NCBI GenBank assembly: GCA_963701295.1
Contig: OY969585.1
Location: 3,040,001-3,104,000 of the forward strand
Length of the DNA stretch: 64,000 bases
Reading direction: 5' to 3'
Origin: Ignavibacteriota bacterium
GTDB lineage: Bacteria; Bacteroidota; Ignavibacteria; UBA10030
Positions 10,178-19,437 of the stretch are shown here, piece by piece. The position numbers were made by a program, and so were the translations under genes. The first letter of the stretch is position 1. Each line of letters begins with the position of its first letter. The notes under the pieces are model-generated. The model had not been told where the DNA came from, ran no database searches, and saw nothing but the letters and a program-made list of their open reading frames with translations.

Positions 10178-10681
10178 TTAGCTTGTTGACTCAAGTTGTT
10201 GTTTCTCTTTATCTCGAAGAAGTCGTTCGAGATCTAAAAGAATGAGTAAACGATTCTCGAGCTTTGCGACAGATATGATATACTCTGATCCGATACCGGC
10301 AATAATGGCAGGTGGTGGTTCTGTTATATTTTTGGGAATCCGTATCACCTCACGTACTGTATCCACAATAAAACCAACAACCATGCTGCCTAATTCGACG
10401 ACAATAATACGTGTATTTTTATCGCTTTCTTTTGGAGGGAATCCAAAGCGTTTTCTTAAATCAATGATAGGAATAACTTTTCCACGGAGATTAATGACAC
10501 CTTTGACAAACTCCGGTGAATTCGGCACTCTTGTAATCTCTACCATTCTATTAATTTCCTGAATGCTTTGGATATCTAATCCGAACTCTTCTTGCCCAAT
10601 CGTAAAACTCACAAGTTGAAGAAGCTCTTCCGTCTGAGCTTTCACTCCCCTCTGTGTCTTTAGATCCATTGTAGTTGTCAT
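10178..10681 (-). CDS. cheW: Chemotaxis coupling protein CheW
   Basis: QLVSFTIGQEEFGLDI, ITRVPNSPEFVKGVINLRGKVIPIIDLRKRF. Confidence 0.97.
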   Translation of the reverse strand: MTTTMDLKTQRGVKAQTEELLQLVSFTIGQEEFGLDIQSIQEINRMVEITRVPNSPEFVKGVINLRGKVIPIIDLRKRFGFPPKESDKNTRIIVVELGSMVVGFIVDTVREVIRIPKNITEPPPAIIAGIGSEYIISVAKLENRLLILLDLERLLRDKEKQQLESTS

Positions 10682-10968
10682 CGGTGTACTCCTTCTATGA
10701 TCATATGAAACTTCAAACCTCTTCGTGACTCTCGTGTGCTACCAATCTATACTTTGGTCTGCAAAGTAACCTCTGCTTCTCGCTGACAAGAGAATAGATT
10801 GTACTGCTGATCGATGAAATTCTTGATGATTTTATTCATTTTTTCTTCTTTTAACGACATTTTCTTTTCCAACGTAATAATCTCCTAAGAACTATTCTTA
10901 TCGTCAGATGCGTGTTTAATTTGCGCAATAGTAGCAAGCGATACCATCAGTAAAAATCTGATTCTTCT

Positions 10969-11000
10969 ATAAGGTTTAGCCTACCTCAGATGAATCCTAC
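10969..11000 (-). promoter_or_regulatory. Tandem UvrY/GacA-like response-regulator boxes upstream of the che cluster (putative)
   Basis: Minus strand GTAGG-attcat-CTGAG directly followed by GTAGG-ctaaac-CTTAT, resembling GTAAG-N6-CTTAC. Adjacent to a NarL/UvrY-family regulator. Confidence 0.35.
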
Positions 11001-11316
11001 GAATAAAATCAGGTGTGATGAAAACCGCGCCTCCGATTACGATAAGTGTTAACTATTAGATATTAACATTCGTTTTGGGACTAAATTGACCATCCCAAGA
11101 TGAAGAACCGCATAATTGTACAAATTTCCAATTACGGATAAAAACGAAGAGTAAAAAAACATCGATGAGGAAAGAAAGAAGACGGTAACGCCCTGACAAA
11201 AAATCGTCAGAATTTCCGATAAGAGAGGACGAACAATCTCAACTATGCAAGCTATGCCTTAATGAATTAACGAAAGTATCATAAGAATGTCGAAATATTA
11301 TGATCTTAAGAAAGGG

Positions 11317-11949
11317 CTATGTCGTTAAACCATTTTGGAGAGCATACGTCACGATTTGTGCATTGTTCTCCATACCCATTTTCTGCAAAATATGGGTTCG
11401 ATGTGTGCTCACTGTTTTGACACTCACCGAGAGTTCTACTCCGATTGCTTTTAAGGATTTACCTTTTGCGATCATCAACATGATTTGATATTCACGATCG
11501 GAAAGATGTTCATGCGGAAGCTTCGGCGATCCTCGACTTACGCTTTGCGCGATTGATTCTGCAAGCAATTGTGAAATATATACCTTTCCCGATGCTACTC
11601 GTCGGATTGCCTGAATAAGCTGTTCAAGCGCTATGTCTTTCGAAAGATATCCGGAAGCACCAAGGTTCAATGCACGAATCCCGAACACTTCTTCCGGATT
11701 CATGCTTAATACAAGAATAGCCATGTCCGGTTTTTCAGACTTTATTCTTCTTATTGTCTCAAGCCCATCAAGCTTCGGCATTGAGAGATCAAGTACCAGA
11801 ACATCAAAGTCTGCGTTTCGAATCTTCTCCATAACCTCGAGACCATCAGACGCTTCATCTTCAACTTTAATATCTGGTACGTCTTTCAGAATTGTTTTGA
11901 GGCCTTTTCGAACTATCGGATGGTCATCCGCAATAAGAACACTAATCAT
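11317..11949 (-). CDS. NarL/UvrY-family response regulator (REC + LuxR HTH)
   Basis: VLIADDHPIVRKGL...LDLSMP; HTH LSDREYQIM...SVKTVSTHRTHILQKM. Confidence 0.95.
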   Translation of the reverse strand: MISVLIADDHPIVRKGLKTILKDVPDIKVEDEASDGLEVMEKIRNADFDVLVLDLSMPKLDGLETIRRIKSEKPDMAILVLSMNPEEVFGIRALNLGASGYLSKDIALEQLIQAIRRVASGKVYISQLLAESIAQSVSRGSPKLPHEHLSDREYQIMLMIAKGKSLKAIGVELSVSVKTVSTHRTHILQKMGMENNAQIVTYALQNGLTT

Positions 11950-14753
11950 GGTTTTCTCTCTCCATTATTCTCTTTGCTGAGTGGTACTTCCACCAACAGC
12001 ATTGTTCCCTTCCCAGGTTTACCATCAACAGTAAGCGTTCCGCCAACCATCCGAATCCGCTCACGTATTCCGACAAGGCCTAATGATGTATCTCCTGCCA
12101 ATTCCTTCTTCGTAATACCACGTCCATCATCCCGAATAGAGAAGACTACAGAATCCAACTTTTTCGATAATCTTACAAACACATTTTGTGCTTGTGCGTG
12201 ACGCACAACATTGGTCAATGCTTCTCGAAAAATCCGATAGAGAACTGCGCCGATCTGTCCCTTTATTTCGAATTCAGCAGGCTCGATCGTTACAATACCT
12301 TTAATACCTATTTTCTTTTCCATCTGATCGATATCCCATTGTAATGCTCCACCAAGACCAAGCGCATCGAGCTGCGGCGGCCGAATCTCTTTTGAGATTC
12401 GTTTCACTGAAGCCAATGCTTCATTTAACGATTCCATCATTTCATTGGTTTTCGCTATAACTTCAGGATCGCCTTTAGTTCCCTCTAATCTAAGCCAACT
12501 TAAGTCAAATTTCAAGATGGTCAGTAATTGACCAAGGTCATCATGAAGTTCGCGCGAAATCCGCTTACGCTCTTCCTCAAGGACATGTTCAAGATGCTCT
12601 GTAAAGTGCTGCAACTGCTTTCGTGAAGCCTCCAATTCTTGCTCCGCTTTTCGGCGTTCCGTAATATCACGGCTCACCATAACCATCCGCCGTTCACCGG
12701 ACGAAGTATCATAGACTCGTCCTGAAGATTCAAACCAGTGCCAGCCACCCATTCTATCGCGGTAACGATACATCGCACTTCCGCCCTGTTTATTGAGAAT
12801 TTCTGCAATGAGTGCTTTATCTTTACTATACACTTTTGAAAGCACATTCGTTCCAACCATATCTACTGGTCTAAAATCAAGGATAGACTTAACATTTGGA
12901 CTGACGTACAGAAATGTGCCTTCAGAACTTATTTCTGTAACAAGATCCGTTGAATTTTCGACGAGTAGACGATACCGTTCTTCGCTTTCGCGCAGTGATT
13001 CTTCAGCATGTTTACGTTCAGTAATGTCAAAAACAAATCCTTCGTAATAAAATATTTGCCCAGTTTTATCTCTAACATCATGAACCGTCATCAAAACCCA
13101 TATGGTGGAACTATCTTTCTTCTTCCATCGAGTCTCGTAACTCATTGCCACATTATGACCGGCCATATCATGTTGAAAGATAATTTGTTCCAGATCTTTT
13201 GTATCATAGTAAATCGTTTCTCCCATGTTACATCCAACAAATTCGTTCTCAGAATCATATCCCAACATTTGTGCAATACTGCTGTTGGCACTGAGCAGCT
13301 TCCCCGATCGTGTCGATTGATAAATACCAATAGGAGCCCATGTAACAATATCTCTATATTTCTTCTCACTGACTTGGAGCGCCCTCTCTGCCCGTCGCCG
13401 TTTTGTTATATCGGTGGCAACTCCAACCAAGGAAATAGTCTTTCCTTCTTTCACAACAGGAGCTTCTTGGATCTCCAACCAAACATGACTTCCTTTTCTA
13501 CTTAATAACTCAAGTTCGTAGGCTGGTTGCCGCTCTCCTGTCTGGATTGCTTTGTTTGCGTGTTCATAGCCAAGCTTATTGACTGGATTGTCAGTCATAA
13601 AATCCGCGAACCGAACTAATGGTTCATCTGGTTCGCATTCGAAAATGTCATTGGCTTGAGAACTGAGGTATGTAAACACCAGATCTGTATTACACGAATA
13701 GAACAAGTTCGTACTGTTTTCTACAATATTCCTTAATTTTTCATCGCTTTTACGTAAAGTTTCTTCAGCTTGCAGACGCTCTGTGATATCACTGACGAGA
13801 GCCTGGAGATATATTTTATTGCCGAACTCAAGACGATTTAAAGAAACTTCGGCATCGAAGAGAGTTCCATCCTTGCGGGAGAATTTCCAATAAAACCGCT
13901 GAGATATCCCCCCCAGTGCAGCGTCAATAATTTCAAGTGCCTTTTCTTTTGAGTTTCGGTTATCAGGCTGATGAGTAGGGCTAAATTCGCGTACAAAATG
14001 ATCGATAATGTCCGTCAACCTTTCACATTTGAACATTTTAAGTGCCATAGAGTTGCATTCGATGAATTTATCATCGCTGAGAATAAAGATAGCATCATTG
14101 GCACCTTCAAACAGGGCGCGATAGCGTTTTTCAGACACTCTCAATTGATCGGATTGGTTATGAATTTCTCGTTCGTCATGTTGCAGCCGAATCATGTTTC
14201 TCCTCAGATTATCAGAAAGAAACCAAGTCGTAATTGCCGTGAGACCTACCATCACTTCAAGATCGACTACGTCGCTCCAGTTTGTATATACGCTGTACAC
14301 ATTCTGAATTGTGCCAGTAATTTCCAAATATCCTATTAAGCCAATAGACAATAAAGCAGCACACGTGACAATCAAATAGTACCTGCGATTTAAAACGAGT
14401 CCTGCAGCCACAAGAATTCCAGGGATACTAAAAAGCACAATGTCATGAAGACCATTATACATCCATGCGAGATAGTCAATAATTCCAAGCATACACCACA
14501 ATAACACGGTACCCGACCAGCTCAGTTGTTTTCGATAGAGCAAAACTATTGATACGAAAACAATGCAGCACATAAAGAAGATCGGTACCACGTCGCGAAG
14601 ATAGCCGGTAAAAAGCCGGTAGATGATAAGTCCACTTAAACCCATCATAGTAGCAATTGCTATGATATTAAGTATTAATGCAATACGGTCCTGCTCCTCA
14701 TCTTGAAACCGAGGAGGTGCAGCAAGATTTTTTATGCTTTCATACAATGTCAT
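11946..14753 (-). CDS. Membrane multi-PAS sensor histidine kinase (HisKA_3)
   Basis: Several N-terminal TM helices, four PAS/PAC units ending DITER/DITKR, H-box EEERKRISRELHDDLGQLLT, REALTNVVRHA, DDGRG, LGLVGIRER. ATGA-coupled to the regulator. Confidence 0.93.
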   Translation of the reverse strand: MTLYESIKNLAAPPRFQDEEQDRIALILNIIAIATMMGLSGLIIYRLFTGYLRDVVPIFFMCCIVFVSIVLLYRKQLSWSGTVLLWCMLGIIDYLAWMYNGLHDIVLFSIPGILVAAGLVLNRRYYLIVTCAALLSIGLIGYLEITGTIQNVYSVYTNWSDVVDLEVMVGLTAITTWFLSDNLRRNMIRLQHDEREIHNQSDQLRVSEKRYRALFEGANDAIFILSDDKFIECNSMALKMFKCERLTDIIDHFVREFSPTHQPDNRNSKEKALEIIDAALGGISQRFYWKFSRKDGTLFDAEVSLNRLEFGNKIYLQALVSDITERLQAEETLRKSDEKLRNIVENSTNLFYSCNTDLVFTYLSSQANDIFECEPDEPLVRFADFMTDNPVNKLGYEHANKAIQTGERQPAYELELLSRKGSHVWLEIQEAPVVKEGKTISLVGVATDITKRRRAERALQVSEKKYRDIVTWAPIGIYQSTRSGKLLSANSSIAQMLGYDSENEFVGCNMGETIYYDTKDLEQIIFQHDMAGHNVAMSYETRWKKKDSSTIWVLMTVHDVRDKTGQIFYYEGFVFDITERKHAEESLRESEERYRLLVENSTDLVTEISSEGTFLYVSPNVKSILDFRPVDMVGTNVLSKVYSKDKALIAEILNKQGGSAMYRYRDRMGGWHWFESSGRVYDTSSGERRMVMVSRDITERRKAEQELEASRKQLQHFTEHLEHVLEEERKRISRELHDDLGQLLTILKFDLSWLRLEGTKGDPEVIAKTNEMMESLNEALASVKRISKEIRPPQLDALGLGGALQWDIDQMEKKIGIKGIVTIEPAEFEIKGQIGAVLYRIFREALTNVVRHAQAQNVFVRLSKKLDSVVFSIRDDGRGITKKELAGDTSLGLVGIRERIRMVGGTLTVDGKPGKGTMLLVEVPLSKENNGERKP

Positions 14754-15117
14754 CTTAATCCTCGATAAAATACGTACTATCCATGATCAGAGAGAGAACG
14801 TTCATCTTGCATGGAATTTTTCTCGTTGTTCAAAGATAGTTGAAAATGGTGCTACAAAGAAGAGAGGAAATAAGGTTTTTTTGAAAATTATACTTGAACC
14901 ACATTTGCGGCTTGTCTGCAACATGATAGACATTGGGCTCAATACATTGCTTTGATATCTAAGAATACGTTTTATTTGTTGCTTATTTTGGTATATTTTA
15001 TCGATAAAGGCAAGGATTAATAACAATAATAGACTCATCAAATTCAAAGGGAAAAAACATTGAATTGTAGTATTTTAATGAGAAACATTAAATTTGATAA
15101 AGTGTATAGAGAAGGAA

Positions 15118-16404
15118 ATGACATTGACCGATACGCAAATCAATATTCTTATAGTAGAAGATAGTCCGACACAAACAAAATTACTTCGTTTTATCCTCGA
15201 AGAGAACGGATACATCGTTAATTCGGCAAACAACGGGGTCAAAGCATTGGAATGCATCCGCCAGAGGAAACCGAACTTGATCATAACCGACATTATTATG
15301 CCAGAGATGGATGGCTTTGCATTATGTAAAGCAATCAAAAGTGACCCCTATTTGAAATCCATTCCGATCATGTTGCTTACCTCTCTTTCCGATCCACAAG
15401 ACGTGATTAAAGGACTTCAGGCTGGAGCCGACAATTTCCTCACAAAACCCTACGAAGATACTTTTCTCATTTCCCGTATTCAATACATCTTTGAAAATTA
15501 TGAGTTGAGGAAAAGAAAATCTTCAAACGCAGATATAGAAATAGTATTTGAAGGCCAGAAATACTTCATTAATTCTGACCGAATACAGATTGTCGATCTT
15601 CTTCTTTCGACATACGATAACGCGGTCCAGAAAAACAATGAACTCCATAAAGCTCATGCAGATCTTTTAGAGATTCATCGTCAGCTCGAACAGAAAAATA
15701 TTCAACTCGAAATATTGAATCAGGAAAAGAACCACTTCTTAAGTATCGCCGCCCATGATCTGCGTAATCCTCTTACGACTATTTACACTGCAGCCGACCT
15801 CATTACAGAGGAACTAAAAGATAAAACCAGCTCAGAAACAAAAGAATTTCTTGAGATGATCAAGCAATCCAGCAAATTTATGCGCAGTCTCATTGAAGAA
15901 TTATTGGATGTCAGCGTGATTGACTCTGGAAAACTCTCGATTCATCTTGAACCAGTGAATTTGATGGACCTTATCCGTAATAATGCGGCCTTGAATCGTG
16001 TCATAGCCGGACGAAAGCAAATTACCGTTGAATATCATTGTGCAAACGATTTACCGATTCTCCAATTGGATCGTAAAAAAATCGAACAAGTGCTCAACAA
16101 TCTTATTTCGAATGCTATTAAATACTCATTTCCACAATCGAAAGTTGAAATTCATTCTAAGTGTGAAAGCAATAATCTTATCATCTCCGTAAGCGACGAA
16201 GGTCAAGGAATTCCTCCAGCTGAAATGGATAGACTTTTTAAACCCTTTTCAAGAACCAGCGTGAAAGCCACTTCCGGCGAATCCAGTACAGGTCTTGGGC
16301 TTGTTATTGTGCGCAAGATTATTGAAGCACATAATGGCCGTGTCTGGGCTGAAAGCCAAGTAAAGAAGGGTTCGACTTTCTATATTTCCCTCCCTATTCA
16401 GTAG
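15118..16404 (+). CDS. Hybrid response regulator-histidine kinase (REC + HisKA + HATPase)
   Basis: ILIVEDSPTQ...DIIMPEMDG; AAHDLRNPL; NNLISNAIKY; GLGLVIV. RBS GAAGGA precedes ATG 15118. Confidence 0.92.
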   Translation: MTLTDTQINILIVEDSPTQTKLLRFILEENGYIVNSANNGVKALECIRQRKPNLIITDIIMPEMDGFALCKAIKSDPYLKSIPIMLLTSLSDPQDVIKGLQAGADNFLTKPYEDTFLISRIQYIFENYELRKRKSSNADIEIVFEGQKYFINSDRIQIVDLLLSTYDNAVQKNNELHKAHADLLEIHRQLEQKNIQLEILNQEKNHFLSIAAHDLRNPLTTIYTAADLITEELKDKTSSETKEFLEMIKQSSKFMRSLIEELLDVSVIDSGKLSIHLEPVNLMDLIRNNAALNRVIAGRKQITVEYHCANDLPILQLDRKKIEQVLNNLISNAIKYSFPQSKVEIHSKCESNNLIISVSDEGQGIPPAEMDRLFKPFSRTSVKATSGESSTGLGLVIVRKIIEAHNGRVWAESQVKKGSTFYISLPIQ

Positions 16405-16651
16405 TCATCAAGCACAAAGACTTTCGAATCAAATAGATGACGAGATGTCGGAAGTCTGCTCCAGAATGCTGGATGGAGAAAAATTCACGATTCCTTATGT
16501 GTTTGATGATGACGATTTTTTGAAAAGATAGAAACATTATCGGCGAGTTCTTCACAGTAGCTTAAATTGGATACAATTAATTTCGCAAAATGAATTCTCG
16601 ACTATTTCAATGGGATTTTACTTTTCCACTTTCTGAAATATACCGTTGAAA

Positions 16652-17239
16652 TCAAAGAAATGACCTCACATCGGTTGCAACCATACCTGCTTTTTTTGCT
16701 GCCTCTAATCCTAGATCACCATCTTCGAATACCTGGCAATATGGAGGCGAAACACCGATTTGCTTCGCCGCTTCGAGAAAGATGTCAGGTGCTGGTTTCG
16801 GTTTTATATCATCATCGGCTGTAACAATGGCTTTGAAGAGTGTGCGAATACCGAGAGCCTCTAACTGAATGTCAACATTTTCCCTGGAACTTCCCGAAGC
16901 AACAGCCATTGGTAGTTTCTCCTTATAGTGCAAGACAATATCCACTATAGGTCGAATCGGCAAAAAATCTTTTCTGTGATTTCGAAAATACTCTTGCTTG
17001 GCGCATGCTATTTTCAAAGGATGGAGTTTGAGATCGAATTGCTGATTATACAGTTCAACAATATTTTCTCCCGGCATCCCTTTCTTGGAGAAAATGAAAT
17101 TATAATCCCCCATGGCTCCTGTTTCTGTAATGGCATGTTCCCATGCTTTCATGTGCAGCGGCATAGAATCGACTAGTGTACCGTCACAATCGAAAATGAG
17201 CCCTTTGATATAGCTTGGAACTTTGAGAGACTTCATCAA
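16652..17239 (-). CDS. HAD-family sugar phosphatase (YqaB/beta-PGM-like)
   Basis: FDCDGTLVDS, KPAPDIFL, FEDGDLG. Confidence 0.88.
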   Translation of the reverse strand: MMKSLKVPSYIKGLIFDCDGTLVDSMPLHMKAWEHAITETGAMGDYNFIFSKKGMPGENIVELYNQQFDLKLHPLKIACAKQEYFRNHRKDFLPIRPIVDIVLHYKEKLPMAVASGSSRENVDIQLEALGIRTLFKAIVTADDDIKPKPAPDIFLEAAKQIGVSPPYCQVFEDGDLGLEAAKKAGMVATDVRSFL

Positions 17240-17248
17240 AGTCCTGAG

Positions 17249-18733
17249 TTAAAAAGGATTTTCCGTCGGATAGAAGGCTCCTACAGGATGATTGAAGAAT
17301 ACTTCTTCGAGACCCAGCATTTTGCATGCAGCAAATAGTGTTTTGCCGGCATGTTTAAACGCAATAGCTGTATGATGCGGGAAGTGTTTTTCGATGAGCA
17401 CATGCCGATAGAAGCGCCCCATTTCCTTGATAGCAAAAACTCCAATAGATCCAAACGACTTTGGATTGATCTTTAATACCTCGCCATTTGCCACATACGC
17501 ACGAATCTCTGCATCGGTCGTTGATTGGATGCGGAAGATAGAAATCGGGCCGGCTTTAATTTGACCTTCCAATGTACCTCGTGTGATATCTGGTTTACTT
17601 TCCGGCTCCATAAGCCTGTGCATGATCAATTGGTATTGCATAATCGGCTGCACCAAACATCCGGAGGATGTATTGCCGCAATGAAATCCCATCCAAAGAT
17701 CGCTCAGTGTGTAATTGCCGATTGCCTTCTTATTTTCTTTGTACATATCCTTCGGAACAGAATTGTTAATATCCAAGATCGCTGGCGGAACTTCTGTTGC
17801 ACAGATGGACATGTATTCACTCAGAGCTCCATAAACATCAGCTTCACAAGCGACAGGAACGCCCTTTGCTGCCAACCGAGAATTCAAGTAGCAAGGGACA
17901 TGTCCAAAATGTTTTTCGAATGCAGGCCAACATTTATTGGCAAACGCTGCATATTTCGAAGCGCCGAGGTTTGCGTTCATGAATTTTTCAAGCGCATATT
18001 CATATTGCGCAAGCTTTTCAAGAAGTTCGGGATAGGTGTTGCCTTTCCCAAGTTCTTTATTCATCTCCTTTGCAATAAGTTTGATTCTCGGATTTCCTTT
18101 TTCAGTTTGAACGATATCCAACAAATCAAGTTCACTGTTTTCCATGATTTCAACGCCCAAATCATAAAGCGGCTGAATCGGCGCATGACATGTCAGGAAA
18201 TCGAATGGGCGTGGTCCGAAGGAGAAAATTTTTAAATTACGAACACCAGCAACAGTACGGGCGATGGGAATAAACTCTGCCAGCATCGATGCAACATCTT
18301 CCGGATCACCAATCGGATATTCAGGAATGTATGGTTTCAATCGTCGAAGACCGATATTGTATGATACACTCAGCAGTCCGCAATATGCGTCACCTCGCCC
18401 GTCGATGAGATCCTTTCCAGTATCTTCGGCGGCGGCAACAAGCATGACTGGACCATTGAACTTTTCAGCAAGCAATGTTGTAGGGCCCTCTGGACCAAAA
18501 TTCCCTAAATACAGTACCAGTGCATTGACATCCTTCTTCTTTAATTCGTCCAACGCTTTCAGTACATCCCGCTCATTCTCAATAATTGTTTCTATTTCAA
18601 TGACAGGTACTTTGGCCTTTTTACATGCGGTTACGACATTCTTACGGCGCTTATGTGACAATTCAACAGGAAAACAATCTCGGCTTACCGCAACCACACC
18701 AAGTTTTATGACCGGAATATTTTGCATGAACAA
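17249..18733 (-). CDS. L-fucose/L-arabinose isomerase family protein (probable non-AraA L-arabinose isomerase)
   Basis: RGDAYCG, KCWPAF, VACEADVYGA, LDINN, GFHCGN, HFPHHTA motifs of the FucI-like superfamily. Located in the araB/araD operon. Confidence 0.8.
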   Translation of the reverse strand: MFMQNIPVIKLGVVAVSRDCFPVELSHKRRKNVVTACKKAKVPVIEIETIIENERDVLKALDELKKKDVNALVLYLGNFGPEGPTTLLAEKFNGPVMLVAAAEDTGKDLIDGRGDAYCGLLSVSYNIGLRRLKPYIPEYPIGDPEDVASMLAEFIPIARTVAGVRNLKIFSFGPRPFDFLTCHAPIQPLYDLGVEIMENSELDLLDIVQTEKGNPRIKLIAKEMNKELGKGNTYPELLEKLAQYEYALEKFMNANLGASKYAAFANKCWPAFEKHFGHVPCYLNSRLAAKGVPVACEADVYGALSEYMSICATEVPPAILDINNSVPKDMYKENKKAIGNYTLSDLWMGFHCGNTSSGCLVQPIMQYQLIMHRLMEPESKPDITRGTLEGQIKAGPISIFRIQSTTDAEIRAYVANGEVLKINPKSFGSIGVFAIKEMGRFYRHVLIEKHFPHHTAIAFKHAGKTLFAACKMLGLEEVFFNHPVGAFYPTENPF

Positions 18734-18743
18734 TTCTCCTTAA

Positions 18744-19436
18744 TTATTTCTTTTGACCGTAATAAGCATCCGGTCCGTGTTTTCGGTTGAAATGTTTTTC
18801 GAGGATGTACATGGGCAATTCGGATACCTTCGGATTCAGCTGTAACGTTCCGAGTGCCATCTGTGCAATGTTCTCAAGCGCAATAGCATTCTTCACTGAC
18901 TCAGCAGCATCTCTTCCCCAGGTAAAGGGTGCATGTCCTGCGACCAAAATACCGGGATTACTTGCAGCGTCCAACGATGCGAATCGTTCGGCAATAATTT
19001 TTCCTGTGTTGCCTTCGTAATCGCCGTTGACTTCATCTTCCGTAAGGAAACGGGTAACTGGAACTGGTCCATTGAAAAGATCTGCGTGTGTTGTTCCAAA
19101 ACATGGAATTTCCCGACATGCCTGTGCGAACATTGTTGCGGAAATGCTGTGTGTGTGAGCAATTCCTCCTATAGCTGGAAACTTGCTATACAATAGAACA
19201 TGCGTCGGCGTGTCAGACGATGGACAGTAATTCCCTTCAACTACCTTGCCATTTAAATCTACTACAATCATATCTGCAGCGGTCAGCTTGTTATACTCAA
19301 CACCGCTCGGCTTGATGACGATCTTGCCATCAACTCGGTTTATACCGCTGACATTTCCCCACGTCAATGTTACCAACCCAGATTTCACCAGCGCAACGTT
19401 TGCTTTGTAAACCTCTTCTTTTAATTGTTTTAACAT
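18744..19436 (-). CDS. araD: L-ribulose-5-phosphate 4-epimerase
   Basis: LTWGNVSG, IKPSGV, PSSDTPTH, HTHS, GTTHAD, RKHGPDAYYGQ. Confidence 0.95.
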   Translation of the reverse strand: MLKQLKEEVYKANVALVKSGLVTLTWGNVSGINRVDGKIVIKPSGVEYNKLTAADMIVVDLNGKVVEGNYCPSSDTPTHVLLYSKFPAIGGIAHTHSISATMFAQACREIPCFGTTHADLFNGPVPVTRFLTEDEVNGDYEGNTGKIIAERFASLDAASNPGILVAGHAPFTWGRDAAESVKNAIALENIAQMALGTLQLNPKVSELPMYILEKHFNRKHGPDAYYGQKK

Positions 19437-19437
19437 T

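Noticed and set aside
14734-15075. Short ORFs between the divergent kinases
   Set aside because: AT-rich promoter region, non-ATG or weak starts, no recognisable domain.
16405-16650. Short coding-like stretch (MSEVCSRMLDGEKFTIPYVFDDDDFLKR*)
   Set aside because: Too short and unidentifiable. It could be a remnant but is unsupported.
17525-18235. 236-aa antisense ORF and similar long antisense ORFs (e.g. 9527-10123)
   Set aside because: Fully antisense to well-supported genes, with no domains.
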